This document shows positions 1 to 8,767 of a stretch of 64,000 nt of DNA, piece by piece (position 1 is the stretch's first letter; each line of letters begins with the position of its first letter). The stretch is taken from positions 32,001 through 96,000 of the forward strand of contig JBIJDH010000017.1 in assembly GCA_044344255.1 (NCBI GenBank), written 5' to 3'. The notes under the pieces are model-generated. The model saw nothing but the letters and a program-made list of their open reading frames with translations. It was not told the DNA's origin and did not search any database. This DNA is from Myxococcota bacterium. GTDB lineage: Bacteria; Myxococcota_A; UBA796; UBA2385. Position numbers and translations under genes: made by a program.

Positions 1-637
1 CGGCTTCGGCACCGTGCACACGCTGGCCAGCGTCCCCTGGCGGCGCCTCGACGAGCGGCCCATCATCGGCTTCTCGGACGCGACCGCGCTGTTCTCGGCG
101 GGCCAGCGCCGGGGCCGCGGGCGCTTCGTCCACGGGCCGGTGCTGCACTCCCTCGCCGACACGCCGGACGCGGAGAGCGTGGAGGCCCTGCGCGCGCTGC
201 TCTTCGAGGGGGCGCCCGCCCGGCTCGTCGGCCGCCACCTCTGCGGGCCCGCCGCGCCGGTAGAGGGCCCCGTGGTGGGTGGCAACCTCTGCGTGCTGGC
301 CAGCCTCGCCGGCACCCGCTGGGCAGCCCGCAACGAGGGCCGTATCCTCCTCCTCGAAGACCTCGGCGAGCCCGCCTACAAGCTCGACCGCCTGCTCACC
401 CAGCTCCAGCTCTCCGGCGCCCTCCGGGGGGTGGTCGGCGTCGCCCTCGGCGACTTCCTCCACGCCGATCCGCCCGCTGACGCCGGCTGGACGCTCGACG
501 AGCTCTTCATCGATCGGCTCGGCCCCCTCGGCGTCCCCGTCCTCGCCGGCCTCCCCGTCGGCCACGCGTCCCGCAACCACGCCTGGATGGTCGGCGCCCG
601 GGGCCGCCTCGCAGGGGGGGTGCTCCGTGTCGGCTGA
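1..637 (+). CDS. LD-carboxypeptidase (S66 family), 5'-truncated by the window edge
   Basis: GFSD (catalytic Ser), LLEDLGE (Glu), GGNL and VGH (His) motifs typical of LdcA/MccF peptidases; the frame is open to the window start. Confidence 0.85.
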   Translation, partial: GFGTVHTLASVPWRRLDERPIIGFSDATALFSAGQRRGRGRFVHGPVLHSLADTPDAESVEALRALLFEGAPARLVGRHLCGPAAPVEGPVVGGNLCVLASLAGTRWAARNEGRILLLEDLGEPAYKLDRLLTQLQLSGALRGVVGVALGDFLHADPPADAGWTLDELFIDRLGPLGVPVLAGLPVGHASRNHAWMVGARGRLAGGVLRVG

Positions 638-1757
638 TCGGGTGTCACCCGACCCCGAGTGGGCCGACGTCCGGGCCCTCCTCCAGACCGCCCACCAGCG
701 CGGGGCCTTCGCCGGTTGCTCCCTCGCCGTCCGCGCCCGAGGCGGCCTCGCGGTGGACCTCGACCTCGGCGACGCCGAGCTCATCCCCCGCCGCCGCCCC
801 GCCCTGCCCGGCCAGCCCTGGGACCTGGCCAGCCTCACGAAGGTGCTGGCCACCACCGGCGTCGCCCTCGGCCTTCACCAGGCCGGCCGCCTCGACCTCG
901 ACGCGCCGTTGTCCCAGTGGCTCCCCGACGCGCCCCTGGGGGTCACCGCCGCCCACTGTCTGTCGCACGCGAGCGGCCTCCCCGCCTGGAACCGGCTCTA
1001 CGACGCCGTCGTCCAGGCCGGCCTTCCCTGGGGCGGCGCCGAGGCCCGCGCCCTGGTCTATCGGCTCGCGCGCACCACCCCAGTGGTCGCCGCGCCGGGC
1101 GAGCGCCACCTCTACTCCGACCTCGGCTTCCTCCTCCTCGGCGCGGCCTGCGAGGCCGCGGGCGGCGATCGGTTCGACCGCCTCTATGAGCGCCTCGTGC
1201 GCGCCCCCTCCGGCGCCGACCTGCGCTGGGGCTGGCCGAACGCCGCCTCGACCGAGCACTGCCCCCTGCGGGGCGCCGTCATCACCGGCACCGTGCACGA
1301 CCTCAACGCCGCCGTGATGGGCGGCCTCGCCCCCCATGCCGGCCTCTTCGGCAGCGCCGCCGAGGTGGCCGCCCAGGGCCTCTGGTGGCTGCGCGCCTTC
1401 GAGGGGGACCCGACCACCGGCCTCGATCCTGCCCTCGTCCGCCGCGCCTTCACGGCGGTGGGCCCGGGCAGCCACCATCTCGGCTGGGACGGCGTCACCC
1501 CCGGCGCCGCCTCGGCGGGCGCGGCCTGGCCACAGGACGGCGTGGGCCACCTCGGCTTCACCGGCTGCAGCCTCTGGATGGCGCCGCGACAGGGCCTCGT
1601 GGTCTGCCTGCTGTCCAATCGGGTGCACCCCGTGGTCGAGGGCGGGAGCGTGCCCGGCGCGCCGATCTCCGCTCGTTATGAGCTGCTCCGCGCCCTGCGG
1701 CCGGCCCTCCACACCGCCGTGCTGCAGGTGCCCACGGTGGCGCGCTACTTCAAGTAG
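627..1757 (+). CDS. Serine hydrolase, beta-lactamase/class C PBP-like family
   Basis: DLASLTK (SxxK), YSD (YxN-like), LSHASGL, GHLGFTG; GTG at 627 overlapping the upstream stop preferred over the 279 ORF start. Confidence 0.85.
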   Translation: MSADRVSPDPEWADVRALLQTAHQRGAFAGCSLAVRARGGLAVDLDLGDAELIPRRRPALPGQPWDLASLTKVLATTGVALGLHQAGRLDLDAPLSQWLPDAPLGVTAAHCLSHASGLPAWNRLYDAVVQAGLPWGGAEARALVYRLARTTPVVAAPGERHLYSDLGFLLLGAACEAAGGDRFDRLYERLVRAPSGADLRWGWPNAASTEHCPLRGAVITGTVHDLNAAVMGGLAPHAGLFGSAAEVAAQGLWWLRAFEGDPTTGLDPALVRRAFTAVGPGSHHLGWDGVTPGAASAGAAWPQDGVGHLGFTGCSLWMAPRQGLVVCLLSNRVHPVVEGGSVPGAPISARYELLRALRPALHTAVLQVPTVARYFK

Positions 1758-2200
1758 GAGAATCCGCCGCGCGGCATCGCGGAGACCGCGGAGAAGACGA
1801 GCCAGAGCGCGCAGGGCACCGCCGCGGCGACCCCAAAGACAAGGGCGCCGCTCACGAGGGGCCCGAGCAGCATCAGCGTGTCGAACAGCAGGTGCGCGAA
1901 CAGGCGGCCGCGCCCGATGCGATCACGCCGCCGCTGGAACAGCCGGGCCACGATCTTCGCCTGTCCGCCGCAGTGCCAGGTGTCAAAGTGCTGGCAGCGC
2001 CGACAGACCGTGAGGCTCGACTCCAGCCACCACAGCGCGCCGAGCGCCAGATAGGCGACGAGATAGCCGACACCGAGCTGATAGAGGGAGACGACGCCCA
2101 CCGACAGGTAGAGCGGCGTGGTGATCAGGGCGAGGCGAAAGCTCGTGGGCGACATCCAACGATCGAGTCCGAGGCGGAGGATGCCCGGGCGGTCACTCAT
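1745..2200 (-). CDS. Hypothetical multi-pass membrane protein with a CxxC-x6-C cluster
   Basis: About four hydrophobic segments; VCRRCQHFDTWHC; overlaps the upstream gene end (2193-2200). Confidence 0.65.
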   Translation of the reverse strand: MSDRPGILRLGLDRWMSPTSFRLALITTPLYLSVGVVSLYQLGVGYLVAYLALGALWWLESSLTVCRRCQHFDTWHCGGQAKIVARLFQRRRDRIGRGRLFAHLLFDTLMLLGPLVSGALVFGVAAAVPCALWLVFSAVSAMPRGGFSYLK

Positions 2201-2723
2201 AATAGACGAGCTCCCAGGTGGCGCCCTGATAGGCGATCAACACCGGCCCCACGCCCGCGGCGTAGACCGCCTCCCCGGCCCAGTCGCCGCCCTCCACCGA
2301 GACCGTGAGGGTGTCCGGGAAGGTGCCATACCAGGTCGTCGCCTCGCCCTCGGCGACCACCTCGCAGCCCTCACCCGCGCCGCCCACGTTCTGGTTCTCG
2401 GGGATGAGCTGGTCGTCGTTGAGCCAGAGTCCATCGTCTGTCGCGTACAGATAGGAGGCGACCGGGGCGGCGTCGGCCCAGCGCTCGCCGAGGCGCAGGG
2501 TCCAGGTACCCTCCTCCATGCGGAGCGACAGGGGAGGCTCATCGGGGAGGCCCAGGGGGGCGAATTCGATGCGGCGGCCCTCGGCGCCCCAATAGGCCTG
2601 GGCGCTCACCGGCTCGCGGGGCGCAGCGGCGCAGCCCGCGGCGAGGAGGGCGGCCGACAGGGTAGCCGACAGGGTAGCCGACAGGGCGGCGCCGAGGCCA
2701 GGCGGCCGCCAGACGGGGGTCAC
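2193..2723 (-). CDS. Hypothetical lipoprotein
   Basis: Hydrophobic leader ending LAAGC (lipobox); beta-rich body ending YAAGVGPV; 4-bp overlap with the upstream CDS. Confidence 0.7.
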   Translation of the reverse strand: MTPVWRPPGLGAALSATLSATLSAALLAAGCAAAPREPVSAQAYWGAEGRRIEFAPLGLPDEPPLSLRMEEGTWTLRLGERWADAAPVASYLYATDDGLWLNDDQLIPENQNVGGAGEGCEVVAEGEATTWYGTFPDTLTVSVEGGDWAGEAVYAAGVGPVLIAYQGATWELVYYE

Positions 2724-4423
2724 TCTTCCGCCCAGACGGGGATGTGGTTGTTCTGCGCTGGGTCCTGGTTGGGCAGCCAGAAGGCGGGGAAGCTCGGGTC
2801 AGCCCCCGCCTCGGCGCGGGCGGGATCGAAGGCTGCCACCCACACCTGCGGGATGCCGACGATGACGCCCCCATAGGCGCGCTTCGAGGAGAAGGCGAGC
2901 CAGAGGATGTCATCGTCGGGGAGCGGCCCCCACTTGGGCCAGGAATTGGTGATGCCCCCCACCTGATTGGCGGCTTCGAGGGGGATCATCACCGCGCCGT
3001 CGGCGGAGAGCACGTGGAGGGCCGCGTCTTCGTCGTCATAGGTGTCGCCGGTGGAGGTGTTGAAGGCGATCCAGGCCCCATCGGGCGACCAGGCCGGGTA
3101 ATAGGCGTTCATCCCCGCGGGCGGGGTGTAGAGGGTGACCGGCGCGCCGAACTGGTCGTCGCCCAGGTAGTCCATCACCGCGATGCGGTCGCCGGTGGAG
3201 CTCCAGTCGAGGGCGTGCTCGGTGGTGAGCGTCAGGGCGACGGCCCCGCCGTCGGGTGACCAGTCGACGTGCGTGGCGGTGCCGCCGGTGGCCACCTCGG
3301 AGATGAGCGCGCCTGTGAGCCCATCGTAGAGGAGCAGCGCCCCGTTGTACGTGGTGAGCAGCCGGCTCCCGTCGGGCGAGAAGGCCTTGAAGTTGCCGAG
3401 CACACCGGCGTCGTGGCCGACCACCGTGGCCCCGCTGTCCATGTCGTAGAGGCCGAGGGGGCCGTTGCCGCCGTCGTAGGTGAAGGCCATGCGGCCCTGG
3501 CTCGAGACCACATGACAGGCGACACAGTAGCCGCTCGTGGCCGAGGTGTAATAGTCCTCGGCGAGGCCGCCGTACGGGAGCCGCTTGACGCCGGCCGCAG
3601 ACGAGCTCCAGTAGTAGATGCTGCCCCGGCCGTCCATCCGGTTGATGTGGATCGTGCGCTGCGGCCCGCCCCAGACCCCGGTGTCGGTGGCGGCGAAGAG
3701 CCCCACCTTCACGGTGCCCCCGGCGTTGGTGCTCGCGATCTCCTGCCAGGTGGCCTCGTCGGCGATCCAGGAGGTGCCGGTGGTGTAGACGCGGAGGTCC
3801 ATCGTCTCGGATTGGAAGCGGAGGTACCAGGCCACCACGGGCTCGACGAGGTTGGCGCCGGTCCACTGGAACTCGATGCTCGGCGTGTTGCGGGGGAGGT
3901 TGACCCCGTCCTCCGGATAGAGCCAGAGGGAGGCGTCCTGGGGCTCTCCCTGGAAGAGGCTCGGGTCTGTCCCGGGCTCGACCCACTCCTCCTCGTACTT
4001 CACCGTGAGGGTCGACTCCCCCTCCACGTTGTTCAGGCGGGCCCGCACATACGTTACACCGCCGTTCTCCACAGAGGGAACAAAATAGCCTGTCTCGTCA
4101 ATCGAGCCGGTGGAGTTGTTGGACAGGGTCCACTCGGCGACATCGAGGCGGAGGATGGAGCCGTCGTCGAGGGTGGCCTTGGCCTCGAACTGGACGGGCG
4201 CGCCGCCGTCGGGGCCGGTGCTGGCGGCGGCCGTGCCAGGCTCGACGTGGATCGAGATCAGCGCCCGCTGGCTGTCCTGGGCGGGGAACTCCTCCGAGCA
4301 GCCAGCCCACAGCGCAGCGCCGAGCAGCCCGACCCCCGCGGGGGCGCCCAGACGGCGCACCGGGAGGGTGGTGAGGCGATCGTGTGTTTCACCGGCGGGG
4401 CGACCGGGGAGGAGAGCGGGCAT
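2720..4423 (-). CDS. TolB/PD40-type beta-propeller lipoprotein with an Ig-like N-terminal domain and a CxxCH motif
   Basis: LWAGC lipobox; repeated FSPDG/WSPDG propeller motifs; YCVACH; true start may be slightly downstream. Confidence 0.8.
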   Translation of the reverse strand: MPALLPGRPAGETHDRLTTLPVRRLGAPAGVGLLGAALWAGCSEEFPAQDSQRALISIHVEPGTAAASTGPDGGAPVQFEAKATLDDGSILRLDVAEWTLSNNSTGSIDETGYFVPSVENGGVTYVRARLNNVEGESTLTVKYEEEWVEPGTDPSLFQGEPQDASLWLYPEDGVNLPRNTPSIEFQWTGANLVEPVVAWYLRFQSETMDLRVYTTGTSWIADEATWQEIASTNAGGTVKVGLFAATDTGVWGGPQRTIHINRMDGRGSIYYWSSSAAGVKRLPYGGLAEDYYTSATSGYCVACHVVSSQGRMAFTYDGGNGPLGLYDMDSGATVVGHDAGVLGNFKAFSPDGSRLLTTYNGALLLYDGLTGALISEVATGGTATHVDWSPDGGAVALTLTTEHALDWSSTGDRIAVMDYLGDDQFGAPVTLYTPPAGMNAYYPAWSPDGAWIAFNTSTGDTYDDEDAALHVLSADGAVMIPLEAANQVGGITNSWPKWGPLPDDDILWLAFSSKRAYGGVIVGIPQVWVAAFDPARAEAGADPSFPAFWLPNQDPAQNNHIPVWAEE

Positions 4424-4461
4424 GGCTTCCCGGGGGTGGCCCCGCAGTCTATCATCCGGCC

Positions 4462-5466
4462 ATGGCCCCGTCCGACTCCCGCGCCCGCCCCCTTGCCCGC
4501 CGCCGTTCGGGCCGCGCCCGCCCCCTCGCGGTGGGGTTGCTCGGCCTGCACGCGGGCTGCTCGGACTACGAGGTCAAGGAGGTCGGCTTCGGCGACGAGT
4601 TCCACCAGGCCGGGGAGGTGGTCCCCGCCGACATCCTCTTCGTGGTCGACGACTCCGCCTCGATGGTCGAGGAGCAGGCCCGCCTCGCCGAGAACTTCCT
4701 CTCCTTCGTGGCCGTGATCAGCGACACCACGGTCGACTTCCAGCTCGGAGTCACCACCACCGACGCCACCGCCGCGCCCGGGCTGCTCGGCCCCGTGCTG
4801 AGCCCCGAGACGCCCGACATCGAGGCCGCCTTCCTCGACCAGGTCACCGTCGGCACCCGCGGCAGCCGCGACGAGCAGGGCCTCCAGGCGGCGCTCGGCA
4901 CGCTCAACCCCACGGTCACCCCGGGCTTCATCCGCCCCGACGCGAAGCTCGGCATCGTCGTCTTCTCCGACGAGGACGATCACAGCGCGGAGGCGGCCTC
5001 CTTCTACGTCACCGAGCTCCGCTCGCTCGCCGGCAGCTCGGGGGTCGCCATCCACTCCATCGTCGGCGACGTGCCGGACGGCTGCGTCAACGGGGTCTCC
5101 GCGGCTGACCCCGGCGCTCGCTACCTCGAGGCCACGGCGCTCTCCGAGGGGCTGTCCTGGTCGATCTGCGATGACGCCTACGCCACGATCCTCACCCGGG
5201 TGGCCTTCGAGATCTCTGGCTGGACCGACACCTTCCACCTCTCCGACCTGCCCGAAGAGGAGAGCATCGTGGTCACCGTCGACGACGTCGAGATCCCGGG
5301 CCGCGACGAGGACGGCTGGACCTACTCCCTCGGCGACAACGCCATCGTCTTCCACGGCCGCGCCGTGCCCCGCCCGGGGATGATCATCCGCGTGGACTAC
5401 GAGATCGCCGAGGGCACCCTGTCGGGCTCGGGCTCGGGCTCGGGCTCGGCATCGGAGGCGCCCTGA
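4462..5466 (+). CDS. vWA-domain lipoprotein
   Basis: LHAGC lipobox; DILFVVDDSASM (MIDAS DxSxS), GVTTTD, VFSDEDD; ATG at 4462. Confidence 0.8.
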   Translation: MAPSDSRARPLARRRSGRARPLAVGLLGLHAGCSDYEVKEVGFGDEFHQAGEVVPADILFVVDDSASMVEEQARLAENFLSFVAVISDTTVDFQLGVTTTDATAAPGLLGPVLSPETPDIEAAFLDQVTVGTRGSRDEQGLQAALGTLNPTVTPGFIRPDAKLGIVVFSDEDDHSAEAASFYVTELRSLAGSSGVAIHSIVGDVPDGCVNGVSAADPGARYLEATALSEGLSWSICDDAYATILTRVAFEISGWTDTFHLSDLPEEESIVVTVDDVEIPGRDEDGWTYSLGDNAIVFHGRAVPRPGMIIRVDYEIAEGTLSGSGSGSGSASEAP

Positions 5467-5511
5467 GGGCGCTCTTCCGGGTATAGAAGGGGCCTTGATC
5501 GAGAGGTCCCC

Positions 5512-8088
5512 TTGACGCGTCCCCAGATCCTCCTGTCCCGCTCGGCTACCCCGACGTCGGCCCTCCTGATCGGGGCGCTCCTCCTCGCGGCCGCCTGCCG
5601 GTCGGCGAGCACCGGAAAGGACTCCGGTGCGCCCGAGGGCGAGCTCGCCGAAGACGGCGACGGTGACGGCGTCCCCGCCTCCGAGGACTGCGACGACGCC
5701 GACGCCTCGATCTCCCCCGGCGCGACCGAGATCTGCGACGGTGTCGACAATGACTGCGACGGCGCCGTGGACGAAGCCGTGACGGGCACCTGGTACGTCG
5801 ACGCCGACGAGGACGGCTTCGGGGACGAGGCGGTGCCGGTCGAGGCCTGCGAGGCGCCGCCCGGCAGCGTCTCCAACCACACCGACTGCGACGACGAAGA
5901 CGAGCTCGTCTATCCCGGCGCCTTCGACTTCTGCGACGAGAAGGACAACGACTGCGACGAGGAGATCGACGAGGACGAACCGCTCACCTGGTACGCCGAC
6001 GCCGACGCCGACGGCTGGGGGGACGCCGACGCGCGCGTCCTCTCTTGCAGCCAGCCCGAGGGCTACACCGCCGACGATGGCGACTGCGACGACACGAGCG
6101 ACGCCGCCTTCCCCGGCCACGCCGAGCTCTGCGACGAGATCGACAACAACTGTGACGGCGACGTCGACGAGGGGGTGCGCCAGACCTTCTACGAAGACCG
6201 CGACACCGATGGATATGGTCGCCTCGACGCCACAACCGAGGCCTGCGTCTCCCCCGAGGGCTACGCCGCCCTGTCCGGGGACTGCGATGATGACGACCCC
6301 GCCTACAACCCCGGGGCCGCCGAGGCCGACTGCGCCGATCCGAATGACTACAACTGTGACGGGAGCGTGGGCTACGCCGACGCCGACGCCGACGGCTGGG
6401 CCGCCTGCGTGGAGTGTGACGACGCCGACGAGGCCGTCCACCCCGCCGCCACGGAGGTCTGCGACGGCAAGGACGACGACTGCGACGGCCTCAGCGACGA
6501 CCTCGACCCCAGCCTCGACCTCGCCACCGCCCTCTCCTGGTACGCCGACACCGACAGCGACACCTATGGCGATCCGTCCGCCCTCACCGTCTCTTGTTTG
6601 GCCCCCGCCGGCGCCGTGGCCGACGACCGCGACTGCGACGACGCGCAGGCCAGCGTGAACCCGGCCGGCGTCGAGCTCTGTAACGAACAGGACGACGACT
6701 GCGACACGCTCATTGACGAGGGGGTCGGCACGACCTTCTGGCTCGACGCCGACGCCGATTCCTACGGCGACGCCGCGGCCCCCACGGTCGAGTGTACGCT
6801 GCCCACCGGCCACTCCACCAACGACGACGACTGTGACGACAGCGACCCCCTCGTCTACCCCGGGGCCCCGGAGCGGGCAGACGGCGAAGACGACGACTGC
6901 GACGGCACCATCGACGACCACACCTGGATTGGCACCGGCGTCGACGGCGCCCTCTCGGTGACCGGGGTGACCGTCCTGTCCGATGCCTGGCCGGTCCTGG
7001 CGCTCGGCGCCGACACCGTCACGCTGGCCAGCAGCCCCGGCCTCTCGGTCGGCGACGAGGTGCTGCTCATCAACATGCACGGCTCCGACGCCGCCCACAG
7101 CCACGTCGGCGTGTACGAATTCGCCTTCGTGGGCGCGGTGTCCGGAGACACCGTCACCCTCGACGCGCCGCTCTCCGGGATCTACGGTGAGGCCACCAAC
7201 AGCGACCTCTCGGGTCAGGCGCTGCAGCTCGTCCGGGTCGGACAATACACAGACGTCACCGTGGCGGCGACCGGCCTCCTCACCGCCGAGGCCTGGGACG
7301 GCAGCACGGGCGGCGTGCTCGCCCTCCGCGCCACCGGCACGGTCTCCGTGCTCACCGGCGGCGCCATCTCGGTCGACGAGCTCGGCTACGCCGGCGGCGC
7401 GACGGGGACCTGCTCGGGCTGCGACGCCTTCCAAGGGGAGTCTTACGCCGGGTCTGGGGACGGCAACCTCCCCTCGATCGCCGGCTATTACGGAAACTAT
7501 GCCGCGGGTTACTACCTGAACAATTACGGTGGCGGCGGGGCGATGATCACGGGCGCGGGCGGCGAGCACGGCGGCGGCGCTACCGACGGCGGCTCCTGGT
7601 ACCCAGGTATCTACCCCGCCCCCGAGAGCGGGCAGCCCTACGGCACCGCCAGCCTGTCGACCCTCTTTTTTGGCTCTGGCGGCGCGGGCGTCTGGAACGG
7701 CAGCTCATCGCCGGGATCGGGCGGAGACGGGGCGGGCATCGTCTACGTGGCAGCCCAGGACGTCGTGCTCGCCGGGAGCGCCGCCCTCTCCGCGATCGGC
7801 GGCACCACCACCGCATGGGCCACCGGGAGCTGGACCTACGGCGCAGGCGGCGGGGCGGGCGGCTCCGTCTGGCTGATCGGCGACACGCTGACACTCTCCA
7901 CCGGCTCCGTGGAGGCCAGCGGCGGCTTCGGGGAGTCCACCCACATCCGCGTCGGTGGGGACGGCGGCGTGGGGCGGGTGCGCGTGCAGTACAGCAGCCT
8001 CAACGGGGCGGCTTACGGCACGACCGCCGACACCGTCGAGCAGCAGGCCGCCTGTACGCCCGACGCGGGCTCGGTGGCCGCGCCCTGA
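5512..8088 (+). CDS. Secreted/lipoprotein with seven Cys/Asp-rich putative metal-binding (MopE-like) repeats and a C-terminal glycine-rich domain
   Basis: LAAAC lipobox; seven DCDD..PG/PA..(C)D..DxxCD units separated by WYxDxDxDG(Y/F/W)G calcium-type motifs; GGGG-rich C-terminus. Confidence 0.85.
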   Translation: MTRPQILLSRSATPTSALLIGALLLAAACRSASTGKDSGAPEGELAEDGDGDGVPASEDCDDADASISPGATEICDGVDNDCDGAVDEAVTGTWYVDADEDGFGDEAVPVEACEAPPGSVSNHTDCDDEDELVYPGAFDFCDEKDNDCDEEIDEDEPLTWYADADADGWGDADARVLSCSQPEGYTADDGDCDDTSDAAFPGHAELCDEIDNNCDGDVDEGVRQTFYEDRDTDGYGRLDATTEACVSPEGYAALSGDCDDDDPAYNPGAAEADCADPNDYNCDGSVGYADADADGWAACVECDDADEAVHPAATEVCDGKDDDCDGLSDDLDPSLDLATALSWYADTDSDTYGDPSALTVSCLAPAGAVADDRDCDDAQASVNPAGVELCNEQDDDCDTLIDEGVGTTFWLDADADSYGDAAAPTVECTLPTGHSTNDDDCDDSDPLVYPGAPERADGEDDDCDGTIDDHTWIGTGVDGALSVTGVTVLSDAWPVLALGADTVTLASSPGLSVGDEVLLINMHGSDAAHSHVGVYEFAFVGAVSGDTVTLDAPLSGIYGEATNSDLSGQALQLVRVGQYTDVTVAATGLLTAEAWDGSTGGVLALRATGTVSVLTGGAISVDELGYAGGATGTCSGCDAFQGESYAGSGDGNLPSIAGYYGNYAAGYYLNNYGGGGAMITGAGGEHGGGATDGGSWYPGIYPAPESGQPYGTASLSTLFFGSGGAGVWNGSSSPGSGGDGAGIVYVAAQDVVLAGSAALSAIGGTTTAWATGSWTYGAGGGAGGSVWLIGDTLTLSTGSVEASGGFGESTHIRVGGDGGVGRVRVQYSSLNGAAYGTTADTVEQQAACTPDAGSVAAP

Positions 8089-8127
8089 GCGGCGCCCCCT
8101 CCGGGCTCCACCGCGGTTGCCCCCCGC

Positions 8128-8736
8128 TCACCGGGCCAGCAGCCACCGGACGAGCGTGACGAGCGCCCAGAGGCCGAAGGCAGCCGCGAGCAGCTGGACC
8201 ACCGCCGAGCCTACCATCAGCCGGAGCGGCACCGGCCGGGCCAACGTGGGCGGCGGCGGCGCACGGGTCCAGGTGCGAGACTCGGCAGGGGGCGGCGGCG
8301 GCGCGTCGAGGGGCAGGCGGGCGCCTCGGCGCTGGAAGAGCAAGCGGCGGAGGGCGTCGGCGCGGTCCGCCTCGGTGTCGAACGAGATCGAGGGAGCCCC
8401 CTCGAGGCCCTCGGGGAGCTGAGCGGCCTCCCCGACGCGCAGCAAGAAGATCCCGACGTCTCCTCGGCGCAGCATGGCGGCGATCAGCGCGGCCTCCCAG
8501 GTCCCGGAGGCGTCGTCGGGCTCCCTCTCTCCGGCCGGCAGCACGAGGCGGAGGATCCCCTCACAGCGGGTCATGGCGAGGAGGCGCTCGCCGGCCGAGC
8601 CGTCGACGGGGGGCTCACACCAGCGATCGAGCCAGACCTCGACGCCCCCCTCGCGGAGCTGCGCCGCGAGGCCGAGCGCGACCTCGGCGGCCCCGGCCGG
8701 GTAGCTGAGCCAGACGGTAGGCGTGGGGAGGCGCAT
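8128..8736 (-). CDS. SEFIR/TIR-like domain protein with a C-terminal transmembrane helix
   Basis: VWLSY...LAAQLREGGVEVWLDRW and GTWEAALI motifs; Pro-rich linker; hydrophobic C-terminus. Confidence 0.6.
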   Translation of the reverse strand: MRLPTPTVWLSYPAGAAEVALGLAAQLREGGVEVWLDRWCEPPVDGSAGERLLAMTRCEGILRLVLPAGEREPDDASGTWEAALIAAMLRRGDVGIFLLRVGEAAQLPEGLEGAPSISFDTEADRADALRRLLFQRRGARLPLDAPPPPPAESRTWTRAPPPPTLARPVPLRLMVGSAVVQLLAAAFGLWALVTLVRWLLAR

Positions 8737-8767
8737 CCCGGCGCTCTAACCGCGGCTCGGACGGAGA

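Noticed and set aside
279..626. N-terminal extension of the serine hydrolase ORF
   Set aside because: Low-complexity Ser/Pro translation overlapping the LD-carboxypeptidase; GTG at 627 is more plausible
627..1757. Beta-lactam resistance gene
   Set aside because: Motifs fit the broad serine-hydrolase family, and coupling to an LD-carboxypeptidase points to peptidoglycan turnover
4258..7569. Long antisense ORFs (4258-7569, 26493-29783, 46069-50139, 34798-37287, 49932-52433 and others)
   Set aside because: Shadow frames of real genes in high-GC DNA; no motifs, and the opposite strand carries recognisable proteins
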